Assembly: GCA_001785615.1 (NCBI GenBank)
Contig: MFUG01000016.1
Location: 13,752 to 77,751 of the forward strand
Length of the DNA stretch: 64,000 nt
From: Candidatus Nomurabacteria bacterium RIFCSPHIGHO2_02_FULL_42_19
GTDB taxonomy: Bacteria; Patescibacteriota; Minisyncoccia; Phycocordibacterales; UBA9973
Direction: 5' to 3'
How positions within the stretch are numbered: the first letter of the stretch is position 1; each line of letters starts with the position of its first letter. The notes beneath the pieces were generated by a model. That model saw nothing but the letters and a program-made list of their open reading frames with translations, did no database searches and had not been told where the DNA came from. The position numbers were made by a program, and so were the translations under genes. Positions 1 through 10,011 of the stretch are shown here, piece after piece.

Positions 1-614
1 TCTATTTGTGAAATAGAAATACCGTTATTATTATTCATAATTTCACTATTTGAGATATTCACCGAATTTTTACCTTGGTCCTCAATGCCTATGAAATTTT
101 TCTCAAAAATTGAATCTGTTATCTGGACATCACTTGCTTCTCTAAGTGAAAGACCTCGCTCGGCATATCGAACCACAGCGTTGCTAAGCACAAGGCCTAA
201 ATTACCTCCGTAAGAGTAAATTCCACTCCAGAAATATTCTCCCGTTGTCAGGTCAGGGATAGTAGCGCTCCCGTCACCGTTTGTATCTCCCCCTATTTCA
301 TCATCTACCGAACTGGTAAAGTAAATTTTATTTGTTGATGTTCCAATGGCAAAAATGGTCCCGTCTTGATCCATCGTTATCCTGACGAAAGGAGCCAACT
401 TTACTATGACACCTGCTTCGATAGTTAAAGTTGTAGAACTAGCAATAGTAATGTCGCTATCCACGATGTATGGGCTGTTTGCCAATGTCCAAGTGGTATT
501 TGTATCTATAACTCCTGATACATAGGTTTCAGCAAAGGCACGAGAAGCAAAAGCCAGAAAAGCGAAAACAAATATAATAGTTCCTAATTTCAATGCCTTT
601 TTAGAAAAAGTCAT
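1..614 (-). CDS. Secreted beta-helix-repeat surface protein, 5' part only (runs off window start)
   Basis: Manual translation from ATG 614: MTFSKKALKLGTIIFVFAFLAFASRAFAETYVSGVIDTNTTWTLANSPYIVDSDITI...FTSSVDDEIGGDTNGDG; signal peptide plus motifs typical of parallel beta-helix proteins; missing from ORF track. Confidence 0.75.
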   Translation of the reverse strand, partial: MTFSKKALKLGTIIFVFAFLAFASRAFAETYVSGVIDTNTTWTLANSPYIVDSDITIASSTTLTIEAGVIVKLAPFVRITMDQDGTIFAIGTSTNKIYFTSSVDDEIGGDTNGDGSATIPDLTTGEYFWSGIYSYGGNLGLVLSNAVVRYAERGLSLREASDVQITDSIFEKNFIGIEDQGKNSVNISNSEIMNNNNGISISQI

Positions 615-698
615 AATTATCCGTATACTAGCAATTTAAAATGGAGAGTCAAGGGGAAGATAGGAATAGATGTTTTTTGGTCGTCGGGCATATATTTA

Positions 699-1418
699 TT
701 ATATTTTTCCCATAAAAACACGCTCTAAAATATCACTCTTGGCGATATTAGAACCAGTATCAGTAGCAACAATTTTGCCGTGAACCAACACATATGCGCG
801 ATTAGTAATCGGAAGAAGTGAGTGAAGGTTGTGTTCAACTACAAGAATAGCTGTTTTTTTATTTTGATTTATATCTTTAATCGTCTGAAATATTTCTTTG
901 ACAACTTTAGGTGAAAGGCCAAGCGTCGGCTCATCAAGAAGAAGAAGTTTTGGCTCTGTCATAAGCCCGCGAGCAGTGGAGAGAAGTTGTTGTTGCCCCC
1001 CAGAAAGAGTTCCAGCTAATTTATCGTGTTTCGCATGAAGTGCAGGAAAAAGATTAAAAAGATGTTCTGCTCGGCGCATGCATTCTTTATTATCCTTCAA
1101 AGAATATCCGCCAAGCTCTAAATTTTCCTTAACTGTTAAATTATTAAAAACCCTTCTCCCTTGTGGCACATATGCTACTCCCATTTTCACAAGCTCGTGT
1201 GGAGAAGGATATATTTTTTCTCCTTCTAAAAGAACATCGCCTATATGCGTTATCAATCCGAAAATTGCTTTTAAAATTGTTGACTTTCCGGCTCCGTTTG
1301 GACCCATTAATGCCACGATTTCTCCTTCGTCTATTGCAAGAGAAATATCGTGAATGATTTTTGTTTCATTATATCCAGCCGAAACATTTTTTAATTCAAG
1401 TAATAATCCTTTTTCCAT
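699..1418 (-). CDS. livF: Branched-chain amino acid ABC transporter ATPase
   Basis: GPNGAGKST, VPQGRRVF, LSGGQQQ, LLLDEPTLGL; operon context. Confidence 0.92.
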   Translation of the reverse strand: MEKGLLLELKNVSAGYNETKIIHDISLAIDEGEIVALMGPNGAGKSTILKAIFGLITHIGDVLLEGEKIYPSPHELVKMGVAYVPQGRRVFNNLTVKENLELGGYSLKDNKECMRRAEHLFNLFPALHAKHDKLAGTLSGGQQQLLSTARGLMTEPKLLLLDEPTLGLSPKVVKEIFQTIKDINQNKKTAILVVEHNLHSLLPITNRAYVLVHGKIVATDTGSNIAKSDILERVFMGKI

Positions 1419-1430
1419 ATCTTTAATATT

Positions 1431-2165
1431 CTATTCACCTAAATACGCTTCTAAAACAACTCTTTCAGTAAGTACTTTTTCGGGATGTCCTTCTGCTAAT
1501 AATTTACCTGCATCCATAACAATGAGATGGTCGCATAAATTTCTAATTATATTCATATTGTGTTCTACTAAAACAATTGTTTTTCCTTCTTGTTTTAATG
1601 CCTTGATAATATTTTCAATTTTTTTGATAATCTCTGGGAAAAGTCCAGCGAAGGGTTCGTCAAAAAGAATAATTTTTGTATCCATCGCTAGTACTCGCCC
1701 AATCTCTAGAAGTTTTTTCTGTCCATATGAAAGCTCTCCGGCATTATGGAAACGTTTTTCAAATAAATCAACTTGTTTCAAAATATCTTCAGCCTGACTA
1801 ATGTGATATTTGCTATGACGTTCAAAAAGTGCGAGAAAGGGATTACGCTCAGTTATTATTACTAAAATATTATCCAATACGCTCATTTGATCAAAAAGCT
1901 TAATCTGTTGAAAAGTGCGTGTGATATTATAAATCTGATTTTCCCAAGGCGTAATTTTTTTCCTTTCAGCACCTCCGAAAAATACTGATCCGCCGTCATG
2001 TAAAGAAAACCCCGATAATAAATTAATAAGTGTTGTTTTCCCGCTACCATTTGGACCCACAAGCCCAGTTATCTGCCCTTCTTGAATATTAACAGATAGG
2101 TGATCAACAGCGTGCACTCCGCCGAATGATTTTATTAATTCTTTTGTTTCAAGAATATTTTTCAT
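1431..2165 (-). CDS. livG: Branched-chain amino acid ABC transporter ATPase
   Basis: KSFGGVHAV, GPNGSGKTT, TRTFQ, LSYGQKKLLEI, VLEAYLG. Confidence 0.92.
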   Translation of the reverse strand: MKNILETKELIKSFGGVHAVDHLSVNIQEGQITGLVGPNGSGKTTLINLLSGFSLHDGGSVFFGGAERKKITPWENQIYNITRTFQQIKLFDQMSVLDNILVIITERNPFLALFERHSKYHISQAEDILKQVDLFEKRFHNAGELSYGQKKLLEIGRVLAMDTKIILFDEPFAGLFPEIIKKIENIIKALKQEGKTIVLVEHNMNIIRNLCDHLIVMDAGKLLAEGHPEKVLTERVVLEAYLGE

Positions 2166-3028
2166 AACTTATATTGACCTAAAATTCCTTTTGGTCGGTA
2201 AAGCATTAAGAAAACAAGCAAAAGTCCATATATGCATTGTCGCATAAGTCCTGCAATTTCGTTTGGAAATCCAAAAAATCGCAATGCTTCGGGAATTGTT
2301 ATTAGAAGCAGAGCCCCCAGCAATGCCCCACGATTTTTCGCTATGCCACCGAGAATAATCATCGCCCAAAGAAGAATGGACTCATTCACAGTAAATAAAT
2401 TTGCATCAATAAAAGTTATATAACTTGCCAAAAGCACTCCGCCTAAAGACGAGAGCATTGCGCCAATTACAAAAACCATTAATTTATAAGTTGAGGTTTT
2501 ATACCCAAAAATTTTTAAAGCATCTTCATCTTCCCGAATGGCATTCAAAACACGTCCAAAAGACGAACGAGAAATAAAATAACAAATCCCTATGACAATA
2601 AAAAGAACAATGAGCGCAAGGACAAGGAAAGAAAAAGGTGTATCAAAAGTTAAACTAAAAATATGCGGCTTGGGGATTCCAGCTATACCGAAAGATCCGC
2701 CGGTTACATTTTCCCAATTTCTAACAACAGTATTAAAAATCATTAAAAAGCCAAGGGTCGCAAGCAGAAAATAATCATCACGAAAGCGTGCAAAACTTAT
2801 TCCAATGCCAAGAGCAATTAATCCCGCAACTATTGGCGCAATAATTAAAGTTGTAAAAATATTAAAGCCAAATGCTGTAGCTAAGATTGCCGCTGTGTAA
2901 GCGCCGATTCCATAAAAAGCGGCCCCAGCAATAGTAAGTAGTCCAGCCGATCCCATTACTAAATTTTGGGCAAGAGCTAAAATGCCGTAGATAGAGATAA
3001 GTATAGTGATGTGAAAAATATACTCCAT
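2162..3028 (-). CDS. livM: Branched-chain amino acid ABC transporter permease
   Basis: DYFLLATLGF, TGGSFGI, SSFGRVLNAIREDE, RPKGILG. Confidence 0.88.
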   Translation of the reverse strand: MEYIFHITILISIYGILALAQNLVMGSAGLLTIAGAAFYGIGAYTAAILATAFGFNIFTTLIIAPIVAGLIALGIGISFARFRDDYFLLATLGFLMIFNTVVRNWENVTGGSFGIAGIPKPHIFSLTFDTPFSFLVLALIVLFIVIGICYFISRSSFGRVLNAIREDEDALKIFGYKTSTYKLMVFVIGAMLSSLGGVLLASYITFIDANLFTVNESILLWAMIILGGIAKNRGALLGALLLITIPEALRFFGFPNEIAGLMRQCIYGLLLVFLMLYRPKGILGQYKL

Positions 3029-3029
3029 A

Positions 3030-3893
3030 TCATTTTTTTAATATTCCTTCTGGCCTCACTAAAAGCACAATGATAAGAATTACGAATGGCACTGCTTGTT
3101 CCCAGCTTCCCCCAAAAAACACAACAGTTAATTTTTGCGCTATTGCTAAAATGAAAGCGCCGATAATCCCGCCCCAAAAACTTCTTATTCCGCCAAGTAC
3201 AGATATAACTATTACTGGAAGCATAAAGAGTAGTCCGGAAGCTGGTACAATACCCACATTCAATCCTTGAATTATTCCACCCAAGCCCGCAAGCGCTCCC
3301 CCAATAAAGAAAAGTTGGGAAAATATTTTTCCTTTGGGTATGCCTACGAGCTCTGCTACTTCACTATCATCTTCCACTGCCCTAATTACACGCCCAAAAT
3401 GTGTTTTGAAATAAATAAAAGCAAAAATACAGATCAGAGTAAAAATAATGATAATAGCTAATGCCTCTACTATATTTAATGTTCCGCCAAAGATATTTAA
3501 AGAATGAATATCGCTCAAACGACGCGCAATGATCGTAGCTTGGCTACCAAAAATCATACCTAACACGGAAGATGTAGCGGTTAGAAAACCAAAGGAAGCA
3601 ATCAGGAGAACGAAGTTGTTGGCTTTTCGATTGATAAGGAAACTAAAAATAAATTTATGTGATAAAAAAAGATATAACCCTGAAATAAAAAGGCTTAGAA
3701 AAATAGCGGGGATAAAAGAAATAACAAGCACGCGGTAAAATAAAAACATCATGTACCCCCCAACGAGGAACGCTCCACCATAAGCAACATTAAAAAACTT
3801 CACGCTACGTAAAATAAATCCAAAACCTATAACTAATAAAGAGTATAAAACGCCAGCATAAAGGATATATAAAATTATTTGCCAAGTTATCAT
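3030..3893 (-). CDS. livH: Branched-chain amino acid ABC transporter permease
   Basis: FFNVAYG, THFGRVIRAV, VLGGIRS, RPEGI. Confidence 0.88.
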   Translation of the reverse strand: MITWQIILYILYAGVLYSLLVIGFGFILRSVKFFNVAYGGAFLVGGYMMFLFYRVLVISFIPAIFLSLFISGLYLFLSHKFIFSFLINRKANNFVLLIASFGFLTATSSVLGMIFGSQATIIARRLSDIHSLNIFGGTLNIVEALAIIIIFTLICIFAFIYFKTHFGRVIRAVEDDSEVAELVGIPKGKIFSQLFFIGGALAGLGGIIQGLNVGIVPASGLLFMLPVIVISVLGGIRSFWGGIIGAFILAIAQKLTVVFFGGSWEQAVPFVILIIVLLVRPEGILKK

Positions 3894-3918
3894 CGTGTTT
3901 TGCCTGCTAATTATACAA

Positions 3919-3946
3919 CAAAACGAGCCACATGTGGCTCGTTTTG
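3919..3946. terminator. Perfect 28-bp palindrome between livK and livH (terminator or mRNA-stabilising stem-loop)
   Basis: CAAAACGAGCCACA|TGTGGCTCGTTTTG just downstream of the livK stop. Confidence 0.6.
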
Positions 3947-3967
3947 CATACTCTAAAGCGGTAAGTA

Positions 3968-5098
3968 TTACTGAGACACTTCCGTTAGTTTTCCGCCCAA
4001 AGCTCTTTTGATAATGTAAGCCGCTGTTGTAGGATCACCATTATTATCAAACATAACTTCCGCTGAACCAACTCCGCCTGTGTATTTAATTTTGGATAAT
4101 GCATCTTTAACTGCTGTTTTACTTACTGAATCAGCTTTATTTATTGCAGCCGCCAATATTTTCAATCCATCGTAGGCATAATTAGAACAGTAAATAAGAT
4201 CATCTTTCCCAAGTTTTGCTTTCATCTTTGCCTTAAAATCTGCGCTTGAATTTGTACCAACAACAGTAAACATTGCTCCGTCGCCGAGAGTTCCTAATTC
4301 ACTCCAAATTTTTGTATCATCCCAAGCATCAGCTCCGAAAAATTGCGCCTTGATTCCGAGATCGTGTGCTTGCTTAAGACCAGCGATTGAGGGATCTGTA
4401 TAACCCGCAAAATAAACTGCATCTACATTCATTCCTTTAATCGTAGTAAGTTGTGCTTTTAAATCTTTTGACGCAGGATCAAATGAATCAGACGAAACAA
4501 TTACACCGCCTGCTTTGGTAAATGCATCAGTAAATGCCTTTTTTAAACCATCACCCCAATCATCCTTACTGGTAAGCAGGGCAACATTTTTCATACCTTT
4601 GCCCATTAAATAATTTGCTGCGTAGTTCGCTTGAAAGAAATCAGAGGGAACATTTCTAAATATATAATCTCCTGCTTGGCTGACAGTTGGGTTAGTAGAA
4701 CAATAAGAGAGCATGGGAACTTTTGCCGCTTCAGCAATAGGCGCTGCGCCAAGGGTTGCTCCTGAACATGCCGCTCCTAAAATTGCCACAACTTTATCCG
4801 TATTTATAAGTTTTGATACTGCGTTAGCTGCAGTAGCGCCACTACAACCATCATCTTCATAAATTACTTCAACATTCTTACCCAATACTCCTCCGGCATT
4901 ATTTATTTCATCAACTGCAATCGCTATAGCTGCTTGGGCATTTTGTCCGATGTTGGCTGTATCGCCAGAAAGCGGTCCCATGAAACCTATTTTCACAGTT
5001 TCAGAATCAGTGCCACTTTTCTTAGACATTGAAGATAACCCAAAAATAACAAGAACTACAACCACTATCCCCACAACAATTTTCGCTGTTTTATTCAT
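3968..5098 (-). CDS. livK: Branched-chain amino acid ABC transporter substrate-binding protein
   Basis: N-terminal anchor, VKIGFMGPLSG, EINNAGGVLGK, YAYDG; start reassigned to MNKTAK. Confidence 0.88.
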   Translation of the reverse strand: MNKTAKIVVGIVVVVLVIFGLSSMSKKSGTDSETVKIGFMGPLSGDTANIGQNAQAAIAIAVDEINNAGGVLGKNVEVIYEDDGCSGATAANAVSKLINTDKVVAILGAACSGATLGAAPIAEAAKVPMLSYCSTNPTVSQAGDYIFRNVPSDFFQANYAANYLMGKGMKNVALLTSKDDWGDGLKKAFTDAFTKAGGVIVSSDSFDPASKDLKAQLTTIKGMNVDAVYFAGYTDPSIAGLKQAHDLGIKAQFFGADAWDDTKIWSELGTLGDGAMFTVVGTNSSADFKAKMKAKLGKDDLIYCSNYAYDGLKILAAAINKADSVSKTAVKDALSKIKYTGGVGSAEVMFDNNGDPTTAAYIIKRALGGKLTEVSQ

Positions 5099-5204
5099 AA
5101 ATAATAGCAACTTAAAACTAATAATAGACCAAATAATAAAATGCGTAAATCTTACATTATTCTATATAATATAAACTAATTGTCAACATATTTTTAAAAA
5201 AGAT

Positions 5205-5239
5205 GGCCACGCGGTTCCCGTTAGGGTTCCGCGTGGCCG
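5205..5239 (-). terminator. GC-rich hairpin followed by a U-run on the minus strand
   Basis: GGCCACGCGG...CCGCGTGGCC with A-run just to the left on the + strand. Confidence 0.55.
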
Positions 5240-5243
5240 GCGA

Positions 5244-5351
5244 TCAGAACACGCTGTTAATGCCAGCGCCTGCAAGACGGGCACGGAATTCGCCCATCCC
5301 CTTTCCACTATCGCGCGCCAGCGCGCGACCGATTTTTTCGCAGAAGTTCAC
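5244..5351 (-). CDS. Possible 35-aa orphan peptide
   Basis: GTG start with GAGGA upstream, MNFCEKIGRALARDSGKGMGEFRARLAGAGINSVF, followed by terminator. Confidence 0.3.
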   Translation of the reverse strand: MNFCEKIGRALARDSGKGMGEFRARLAGAGINSVF

Positions 5352-5418
5352 GATTGTCCGTCCTCTTGGACTCGAATCCCGAAGAAAAGCATAACTTTCT
5401 ACGGGACAGGCCAAGAAC

Positions 5419-5493
5419 TGGTGCACGTGCCTGGACTCGAACCAGGAACCTGTCGCGTATAAGGCGAAAGCTCTACCATTGAGCTACACGTGC
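5419..5493 (-). tRNA. tRNA-Ile (anticodon UAU)
   Basis: GCACGTG TA GCTC AATGGTA GAGC T TTCGC CT-TAT-AC GCGAC AGGTT CCTGG TTCGAGT CCAGG CACGTGC A CCA. Confidence 0.9.
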
Positions 5494-5526
5494 ATGTTTC
5501 AATACTACAAAATTATGGGGAAAAAG

Positions 5527-7452
5527 CTAGCTGGCAACTTCAAGCTTCGCTTTTTCTTCTCGTTTCTTCGGTATTATGCCGTGAGCGATTATTATTTTTT
5601 CGTATTCTTCTTGTTCCAAGGTTTCAACTTCAACGAGCTTTTGGGCAATAGCGTCAAAGGCCTTGCGGTGTTCTTTAAGCACACTCCCCGCGGACGCTAT
5701 TCCGTTGTTTATTATCTTTAAGACCTCCGCATCCACTTTCGCGGACACTATTTCCGAATATCCTTCTTCCCTAACTTCGCCCCATTCCACTCTGCGGCCA
5801 CCACGGTCGAGCGCCACTGGACCGATAACATCCGACATCCCGAAGCGGGTCACCATCGCCCGAGCTAAATTCGTCGCTACCTGAAGATCGCTAGATGGCC
5901 CTGTGGTGATATCCCCGAAAATCATTTTTTCCGCTACGTATCCGCCTAAAGACATGGCAATATCGTCGATGAATTCTTTTTTGGACTGAAGGCGCTTCTC
6001 TTCAATCGGCAATTTCAAAGTATAGCCCCCGGCGCTCCCGCGAGCGATAATGGAGACCTTGTGCACTGGATCAGCATAAGGTAAAACGGAAGCGACCAGG
6101 GCATGTCCGGCTTCATGGTAAGCGGTAATTTCTTTTTCTTTTTTAGAAAGTAAGTGGCTTTTGCGTTCCGGGCCGAGCATTACTTTCTCAATCGCCCGAA
6201 TGAGGTCAAATTGGAAGACCTTTTTGCGGTTTTCGCGAGCGGCCAGAATCGCGCCTTCATTCATCAGGGAATATAAATCAGCGCCGGAGAATCCCGGCGT
6301 GCGCTCGGCAATTAATGTTAAATTAATATCTTCCGCCAGTGGCTTTTTTACGGCATGAATTTTTAATATCTCTTCTCGATCTTTGCGATCCGGCATGTCT
6401 AGGAGAACTTTCCGGTCAAAGCGTCCGGGGCGGATCAGAGCCGGGTCAAGCACATCGGGCCGGTTGGTCGCCGCCATTACAATAACTTTTTCATTCGGTT
6501 CAAAGCCGTCCATTTCCACTAGAATTTGATTTAGGGTTTGCTCGCGTTCGTCATTCCCTCCGCCAAAGCCGCCCCCGCGAGTCCGCCCGATGGCGTCTAT
6601 TTCATCCACGAAGATAATGGCCGGAGCCGCCTTTTTCGCCATCTTAAATAAATCGCGCACGCGGGATGCGCCCACTCCCACAAACATCTCAACAAATTCA
6701 CTGCCAGAGAGATGAAAGAATGGCACATTGGCTTCGCCGGCGACGGCGCGAGCGAGCATCGTTTTTCCCGTTCCGGGTGCTCCTGTCAGTATTACGCCTT
6801 TCGGAATCCTGGCGCCAATATCCAAGAACTTTTTCGGGCTTTTCAAAAAATCCACGATTTCTTTCAATTCTTCTTTCGCCTCTCGGCAGCCGGCCACATC
6901 CTTGAAAGTTACTTTATTATTTTTATCGTTCGGGTCAGTGATGCGCGCCTTGGACTGGCCGAAAGTCATGGCCTGAATGCCGGCGCCTTTTACCTGGCGC
7001 GATAAATACCAAAAGAAAAATACAATAAACAAAATCGGCAAGAGGAAAGGCAAAATATTCAGAAGCCAAAAACCAAAACCGCTTTCATTTTTTACTTCGA
7101 TGGCTGTGCTCGAAAGCGCTTCAGGCCCTACCCCATAGTTAAAGAGTGTCTGGGAAAGCGAAGACCCGGTTTCTTTCTTGGACTGTTTTATTTCTTTGTT
7201 TTTATAAGTAATAGTTAGTTTTTCTCCCTCCACTAAAATTTTGGCCACTTCGCCCGCACTGACGCTCTTCGCCAAGTCCGAAATAGCTACTTCGGGCATC
7301 TCTTTTGCGGTGTCGGAGACCACTAAATAAAGTCCAGTAATGAGCATGAAAATCAAGAGCGCTCCAGCAATATTGCCCGAGAATTTGCTCCTGCTATTCC
7401 CCTTTTTCATTTTATTCGGCTCACTGTTCTGGCCCAGAAAGTTAAAATCCAT
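5527..7452 (-). CDS. ftsH: ATP-dependent zinc metalloprotease FtsH
   Basis: 2 [24 protein letters not shown]. Confidence 0.97.
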   Translation of the reverse strand: MDFNFLGQNSEPNKMKKGNSRSKFSGNIAGALLIFMLITGLYLVVSDTAKEMPEVAISDLAKSVSAGEVAKILVEGEKLTITYKNKEIKQSKKETGSSLSQTLFNYGVGPEALSSTAIEVKNESGFGFWLLNILPFLLPILFIVFFFWYLSRQVKGAGIQAMTFGQSKARITDPNDKNNKVTFKDVAGCREAKEELKEIVDFLKSPKKFLDIGARIPKGVILTGAPGTGKTMLARAVAGEANVPFFHLSGSEFVEMFVGVGASRVRDLFKMAKKAAPAIIFVDEIDAIGRTRGGGFGGGNDEREQTLNQILVEMDGFEPNEKVIVMAATNRPDVLDPALIRPGRFDRKVLLDMPDRKDREEILKIHAVKKPLAEDINLTLIAERTPGFSGADLYSLMNEGAILAARENRKKVFQFDLIRAIEKVMLGPERKSHLLSKKEKEITAYHEAGHALVASVLPYADPVHKVSIIARGSAGGYTLKLPIEEKRLQSKKEFIDDIAMSLGGYVAEKMIFGDITTGPSSDLQVATNLARAMVTRFGMSDVIGPVALDRGGRRVEWGEVREEGYSEIVSAKVDAEVLKIINNGIASAGSVLKEHRKAFDAIAQKLVEVETLEQEEYEKIIIAHGIIPKKREEKAKLEVAS

Positions 7453-7516
7453 ATAAAGAGGTTAGCACAAAAAATACAAAAATCAAAGAAGAAATATTTA
7501 TGCTAATATTAAGTTC

Positions 7517-7963
7517 ATGGCTCATTACGCCGAAAACAGAAAAGCGCGATTTAATTATGAAGTATTGGAAAAATACGAGGCGGGTATTGAGCTTTTCGGT
7601 ACGGAAGTAAAGTCAGTGCGAGGAGGGCAGATGTCGCTCGAGGGTGCCTTCGTGATTGTTCGCGGTGGAGAAGCGTATTTAATTAATGCAAATGTTCCTT
7701 CATATCAGCCGAAAAACGCACCGAAGGACTACGATCCTTTACGCAATAGAAAACTTTTACTGACAAAAAAGGAAATTTCCACACTTTCGGGTAGCGAGAA
7801 AAATAAAAGTTTGACAATTGTGCCTATTTCAGTGTATAATAAAGGGAGGAAGATAAAGGTAGAAATTGCACTCGTGAAAGGGAAGAAAAAATATGACAAG
7901 CGTGAGAGTATAAAGAAGCGCGACACGGATCGTGAGATACGAAGAGAGTACAAAGCACGTTGA
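7517..7963 (+). CDS. smpB: SsrA-binding protein
   Basis: ENRKARFNY, EAGIELFGTEVKS, GKKKYDKRE. Confidence 0.97.
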   Translation: MAHYAENRKARFNYEVLEKYEAGIELFGTEVKSVRGGQMSLEGAFVIVRGGEAYLINANVPSYQPKNAPKDYDPLRNRKLLLTKKEISTLSGSEKNKSLTIVPISVYNKGRKIKVEIALVKGKKKYDKRESIKKRDTDREIRREYKAR

Positions 7964-7975
7964 AAATAGAAACAT

Positions 7976-8373
7976 GGGGATGCAAGGCCTAGACAGTTGG
8001 CCTCTTGCCCTTGATGCATACCGAGCATGGGCGTAATCTCGTAAAACTTCGCTCAATAGCTTAATTGCAAAATTAGCTTCCAAAGTGAAGGCAATTGCTT
8101 CTCCGTACTTCGGTATGGGTGAGTTTGCTTTCGCTCACGTTTCCGCTTCGGCTTAAGCGTGTGTCTCTCTTATTGACTTCCGATAAATAAGACGGGCATA
8201 ACATTATCGGGATAGCCCCGACGCGGCTTCGCCGTCGGGGCAAAACATAGAAGATCGATTGAAAAATATTTGGCGCGTTTCTTAATTTTTTAATTTAAAC
8301 CTGCAAGCGCGCTATGTATGTAGATTTTAAGGCAGGCACCTTCTGCACGGGGATTCGATTTCCCCCATCTCCA
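7976..8373 (+). ncRNA. ssrA: tmRNA
   Basis: Acceptor GGGGATG/CATCTCC-A with G3-U70, T-arm GGGGA-TTCGATT-TCCCC, tag ORF 8067-8156, immediately after smpB. Confidence 0.92.
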
Positions 8374-8385
8374 CAATCATTGGTA

Positions 8386-8413
8386 TTGACATCTTTTTTG
8401 GGTTTGCTATACT
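8386..8413 (+). promoter_or_regulatory. Sigma70 promoter of the toxin-antitoxin operon
   Basis: TTGACA-16-TATACT with extended TG. Confidence 0.65.
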
Positions 8414-8441
8414 GTATATATATTAGATATAAAAAAGATAT

Positions 8442-8720
8442 ATGACCACACAAGTAATTTTTAGAATAGATAAGAAGATTAAAGCCCAAGCTCAAAAGAA
8501 AGCCAAAGGTAGCGGTTTAACCTTTTCTGATATTTTGCAAATGGCGACTTATGCCTATGTTAAAGACGACTTTGAGCCCGTGTTAATGCGAAAAGAGGAA
8601 AGATTTAACGACAAAACGGCTCGCGAAATTCATTCAGCCCTTTCCGATATTGCTAAAAACAAAAATCTATCCCGTAGTTTTTTCTCTGTGAAAGAAGCTA
8701 CAAAATATCTCAGTAAATAA
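8442..8720 (+). CDS. RelB/DinJ-like antitoxin
   Basis: RHH-like start (VIFRIDKKIKAQA..GLTFSDIL), C-terminal NLSRSFFSVKE; precedes a YafQ-like frame. Confidence 0.75.
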   Translation: MTTQVIFRIDKKIKAQAQKKAKGSGLTFSDILQMATYAYVKDDFEPVLMRKEERFNDKTAREIHSALSDIAKNKNLSRSFFSVKEATKYLSK

Positions 8721-8721
8721 A

Positions 8722-8979
8722 ATGATTATTGTTTTTCAAGGGATTTTTGAGAAGAAATGAAGGAAGCTCTCACCGAAGATAAAAAAACAGTTTTACAACC
8801 GACTAGTTTTATTTCAAAAGAATAGATTTGACCCAATCCTAAATAACCACAGAATTGAAAAAAGATTTCCGGACTGTCGAAGTATTAATATAACAGGTGA
8901 CTACCGTGCTATTTTTAAGGAAGATAAAGAAGACGTCATTTCTTTCATCAATATCGGCACACATTCGGAATTATACTAG
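8722..8979 (+). pseudogene. YafQ/RelE-family toxin with in-frame TGA at codon 13
   Basis: MIIVFQGIFEKK*RKLSPKIKKQFYNRL...NNH...RSINITGDYRAIF...IGTHSELY; TGA at 8758-8760. Confidence 0.8.
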
Positions 8980-9066
8980 TAATACTAGTGAGGACGGTTC
9001 TCGCTAACCAAAAATCTCATATATATAAATTTCTTTGCAACTTTTTTAGAGTGATTTTTCCCCTAT

Positions 9067-9387
9067 CTAGGAAATAACCTCGTCTCCGTTTTGTCCCATA
9101 CTATTTCTATATTCTCCAACAGCTTGATGGGTTCCTATTGCAGTTACAACATCTTTAATTGACAATGATGTATTTAATCGTTCAAATTCCCTAACGTGTT
9201 CCTTTAATCGTTTGACTAATTCTCCAACAGAAGAAGTCCTTTCAACCCCAAGAGTTTGGTACATTAATCTCAAGTTGCTCTCAAGTCGTACAACTTCTCC
9301 AACCTTTAAACCCTTAAGACCAAGAACTTCCATAGAGATTTTTTGTTCACCACCTTTTGAACCTGGCGCACTGTTGAATTGATTCAT
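9067..9387 (-). CDS. Hypothetical protein
   Basis: 106-aa ORF with TATAAT shortly upstream of ATG. Confidence 0.6.
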   Translation of the reverse strand: MNQFNSAPGSKGGEQKISMEVLGLKGLKVGEVVRLESNLRLMYQTLGVERTSSVGELVKRLKEHVREFERLNTSLSIKDVVTAIGTHQAVGEYRNSMGQNGDEVIS

Positions 9388-9482
9388 GGTTAAATTATAG
9401 ACCTTGCTATAAAGGTGTCAAGTTGTTGACTTTAAGGCCTAAATACGCTATTATCCCCTAGTCAAAGCTTTATATACGTCAC

Positions 9483-10010
9483 TTGCGAGAAAGAATTAAC
9501 AATCAAATACGGGCTAAGGAACTTCGAGTTATAGACAGTGAAAACAAAAATCTCGGTGTTTTAAGCATAAAAGATGCCCTGGAATTAGCGCAAAGAGAGG
9601 GCTTGGACTTGATTGAAATATCGCCGAATGGCAACCCGCCGGTTGCCAAGGTAATGAATTTCGGCAAGTATCAGTACGAGGTAAGCAAAAAATTAAAAAA
9701 GGCCAAGGCCGGAGCCAAGTCCACCGAAACCAAGTCCGTCCAGGTAAAGATAGGCACCGGAGACCACGATTTGGAACTAAAAGCGAAAAACGCTTCAAAA
9801 TGGCTAAAGGAAGGACATCGAATTAAAATTGAACTCTTTCTGGCCGGACGCACGAAGTACATGGAGGAAAAGTTTTTAAGAGAGCGGTTAGACAGAGTAA
9901 TGCATTTGATTACTGAAGATTACAAAGTATCGGACTCATATAAAAGGGGGCCGAAGGGATTATTTATAACGATAGAAAAAGTCGTCGCCAGGGCGGGGCA
10001 AGCAAAATAA
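9483..10010 (+). CDS. infC: Translation initiation factor IF-3 (TTG start)
   Basis: INNQIRAKELRVI, LDLIEISP, DHDLELK; precedes rpmI-rplT. Confidence 0.95.
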   Translation: MRERINNQIRAKELRVIDSENKNLGVLSIKDALELAQREGLDLIEISPNGNPPVAKVMNFGKYQYEVSKKLKKAKAGAKSTETKSVQVKIGTGDHDLELKAKNASKWLKEGHRIKIELFLAGRTKYMEEKFLRERLDRVMHLITEDYKVSDSYKRGPKGLFITIEKVVARAGQAK

Positions 10011-10011
10011 A

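Noticed and set aside
8758-8760. TGA reassignment (genetic code 25 or 4)
   Set aside because: TGA ends smpB, rpsC and the HAD gene at expected positions and long conserved genes have no internal TGA
7976-9400. Prophage or integrative element at ssrA
   Set aside because: No integrase, phage gene or duplicated ssrA 3' end seen
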